Shown here: piece after piece, positions 61,301 through 64,000 of the stretch
How the letters are laid out: each line of letters begins with the position of its first letter
Position numbering within the stretch: position 1 is the first letter of the stretch
Notes under the pieces: generated by a model
Told to the model about the DNA's origin: nothing
Database searches by the model: none
What the model saw: the letters and a program-made list of their open reading frames with translations, nothing else
Position numbers and translations under genes: made by a program
DNA from: Lingula anatina
Lineage: Eukaryota > Animalia > Brachiopoda
Length of the DNA stretch: 64,000 nucleotides
NCBI GenBank assembly: GCA_051362555.1
Contig: CM120642.1
Location: forward strand, 26,474,001-26,538,000
Direction of reading: 5' to 3'

Positions 61301-64000
61301 ACATGGTGACGAGCGACAGAGGTTGTTATCTGTCGTGCAGAGGTGTCCACTAAAGTCCTTAGGACAAACACAGTCATAGCCATTCGGTTGGTTCTGGCAC
61401 TGACCTTGGTTCTGACATGGAGACGACCGACATAGGTTGTTGTCTATCTCACAATGTCTCCCACTAAAATCTTTGGGACACTTGCAATCATATCCATTTG
61501 GTTGATTATGACAAGTACCTTGGTTTTGGCATGGCGATGATCTGCACATGTTATTGTCTATTTCACAATTCTTGCCGCTGAAGTCTGAAGTCGTACAATT
61601 ACAAACGTAATCATTTGGTTTGTTTAAGCAAAAGGAGGCGTTATTCTGACATGGCGAAGATCTGCAAAGGTTGTTATCGACTTCACAATGTTGTCCGTAG
61701 ACATCAGGTGGACATAGGCAGTCATATCCATTTCGTTTGTTCTGACAGGTAGCTTGGTTCTTGCAAGGAGAGGATCGGCACATGTTGTTGTCTATATGAC
61801 AATACGTTCCACTGTAATGAGGGGGGCAATTACAAGTGTATCCGTTTACATGATCTACACATGAACCGCCATTGAGACACACTGCCATGGCACAATCATC
61901 TATGTCTGTTTCGCAGTTGTACCCCGTGTACCCAGGGGGGCAAACGCAGGTATAAGTCCCAAAGCTTTCTTGACAGTGTCCGTTATTCTCACAAGGTTGG
62001 CTGTAGCACGCTGTGGGTGGGATGGAGCAGTCTTTGCCCGTGAATCCTGCGCTGCATTTACAGCTATAGCCGTTGATTTCGTCAGAACATTTTCCGTTGT
62101 TTTGACACGGCGAAGACTGACATTCGTCGATATTTGTTTCGCAATTTTTCCCGGTGAAACCAGCAGGACAAATACACCTGTAGTCAGGGTGGTCGGGTTT
62201 CCACACGTTTTCACAGGTACCTTGAATTGATTAAAAAAGATAAACAAAAGATAATGAGAGGTTAAAAAAAGTAAGAAAGAAAAACATCATAGGGATTTGA
62301 ATTAAAGTTAAATGTTTTTCGTTTGTGTTTACAAACAAACAAATACTAAGACATCATAAAATTTGTTTCATATAATTATGTATTGTAGGTCTCTGGAAGG
62401 AAGGGAGAAGGTATGACAATAAAACAATATTAGCAGATGGTTATTTCACAAATGTAACAAGAAGGGAGATAAGAAAAAGGCAGGTTATATAAAGTGTAAA
62501 AATGTCACATATTTTTTGTTAGCAATGGCGCTACCTACCCCGTTGGCACGGATGATTCCGGCATAACTTAACTCTTTGGTCGCAGTTGATTCCTTGATAT
62601 CCCTCCCTACATACACATCTATAACTGCCGATAGTGTTTATACACCTTTCTGAAGATAATGAAGGAATTTAGAGTTAATCTAAAGTTGTCTATTAATCAT
62701 TTTCTATGACAAAGATTTAAATATAGGAGCTTTCCCATCTTGTAAAATAAGGAGACAGTGGTTATCTGTTCTGAAACCGCTTTCACATAAACACATAGCA
62801 GTGCTACTCATGAGTTTTCAACACCAATGAAAGAAGAGACTGTAAACATGTCACAGTAATCAGAAAAATGAAAAATATTTAACAATTCATTATCCGACTG
62901 GTAAAATGTACTTGCTTCTCTTGGTGGTATGTCCACCACTAGTTTAATAATATTATAACAGGGTGCCATTGGGTATTTCTGTTACCCGTGAAAGCCACTT
63001 TTTATTTCTCGAGATGCGTGAACGTTCATTTTACTTAACGTGATCCGCAACCACCCCATTCGTGAATGCGGCTTTTTATTCTCCGTCCTTCGTGAAACGA
63101 AGTCATTATGCCCGGTGATTCGTGATTTAGAAGATTCGGTTGGCATTAACAGTGAGATATTTATTTATTTATTTATTTATTTTTTGTGAACTGATGATTT
63201 TATTTTCCGTAAACTGTGATCCTACCCCCATTGGACCATCTAATAAGCTTCATTATATTATTGTAATTGTACACTACTGTAAGTCATAGGCACTTAAAGT
63301 TAACGCAGATAACTAATACTATTGCGTAAACCAAGGAATTATATCGTAGACGATGTAATTCCCTGCGTCAACTAAACCCCAATTTAAAGCTGATAAATAA
63401 TCAATTTGAATTTAAAAACAAATATAGTGATAAAATCCAACGAAAGAGATGACACATTACACGGAAAGGCCTTTAATGGTAATCAATAATTATAAATATC
63501 CGCATGTGAAAAGTCAGTAAATGATCAAAAAACTTATCAATGAAAATAAACGTGTTTAAATACATGTAGCTAGCCATTGTGATACTAACATAAGGCAATT
63601 AACAGAAGTTTTTCAATCTGGAAATAACAGAATCCTGAAATATATCATTTGACTTCATTTGTGTTCTTTAGCTTGACTTTTTAACATCCATTTTAGTTGC
63701 GGTTAATAATAATAATAATAATAATAATAAATGTACTGAATATTTTAAAAGGCGCAATAAAAACTCACCTTTTTCTTTGCAAAGTGTCACTCCGAGGGCT
63801 TTAAATTCATTGCATTCATCGATGTCAGTTGTGCAACTGGGATAACCCTTGTATCCAACCGGGCAATTACATAGTTGATGGAATTCGGGAAATACACTAT
63901 CTATCTGAGAAGCAAGCAATGCACTCATTTTGGCAAGTGCTTTGGGAGTTAGTTTCTTGGGTTTGGTATACACTTGTGCCTTGGGAGTTGGTTTCGTGGG
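56573..64000 (-). CDS. Large EGF-repeat (fibropellin-like) extracellular protein with Thr-rich linker and C-terminal VWC-like domain, 5'-partial
   Basis: Exons >64000-63769, 62649-62539, 62220-58544 (3677 bp), 57962-57770, 57401-57287, 56684-56573 (TAA), phases consistent. About 35 EGF repeats, TTTTTTTTAAP linker, then C..WDVGCQQSCIC..YCEAKC..P.GC.L.PPKPGKCCPELNC. No transmembrane, LNR or ankyrin region before the stop. Confidence 0.88.
58247..58308. repeat. (TA)n microsatellite
   Basis: About 31 TA units. Confidence 0.95.
62959..63240. mobile_element. Degenerate unclassified TIR element with internal CGTGA repeats
   Basis: cagggtgccattgggta ... tacccccattggaccatc termini; about six cgtga motifs inside; AT-rich flanks. 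Confidence 0.5.

Noticed and set aside
58526-62206. Notch, Crumbs or Delta/Jagged assignment for the EGF ORF
   Set aside because: Downstream exons end in a VWC-like domain and a stop, with no LNR, laminin-G, transmembrane or ankyrin region.
58558-62230. Many short antisense and alternate-frame ORFs over the EGF exon
   Set aside because: Shadows of a repetitive coding sequence with no independent signals.

Overview
AT-rich, intron-rich animal DNA, probably a lophotrochozoan such as a mollusc (inference). Six spliced genes were assembled by eye from GT-AG boundaries and reading frame: a 5'-truncated EHMT1/2 (GLP/G9a) histone methyltransferase (+), a complete ATP13A1 P5A-ATPase (-), an ankyrin-repeat/SOCS-box gene (+) head-to-head with ATP13A1, an SLC16/MCT-type transporter (-), an AGPAT1/2 acyltransferase (-) with a GC-AG first intron, and a 5'-truncated EGF-repeat protein (-) with a 3.7-kb exon and no C-terminal transmembrane segment. 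Introns hold many non-autonomous DNA transposons with readable TIRs and TSDs. Main observations: (1) three separate ATP13A1 introns carry tandem duplications of their own splice junctions, one forming an array of in-frame 24-nt pseudo-exons right after the TGES motif; (2) the gene set resembles the vertebrate MHC paralogons (6p21/9q34/19p13); (3) the giant EGF exon keeps a constant O-glucose consensus and a variable O-fucose consensus; (4) a 13-bp 3'UTR repeat switches between two perfect palindromes. No alignments or database searches were run; exon coordinates are manual.
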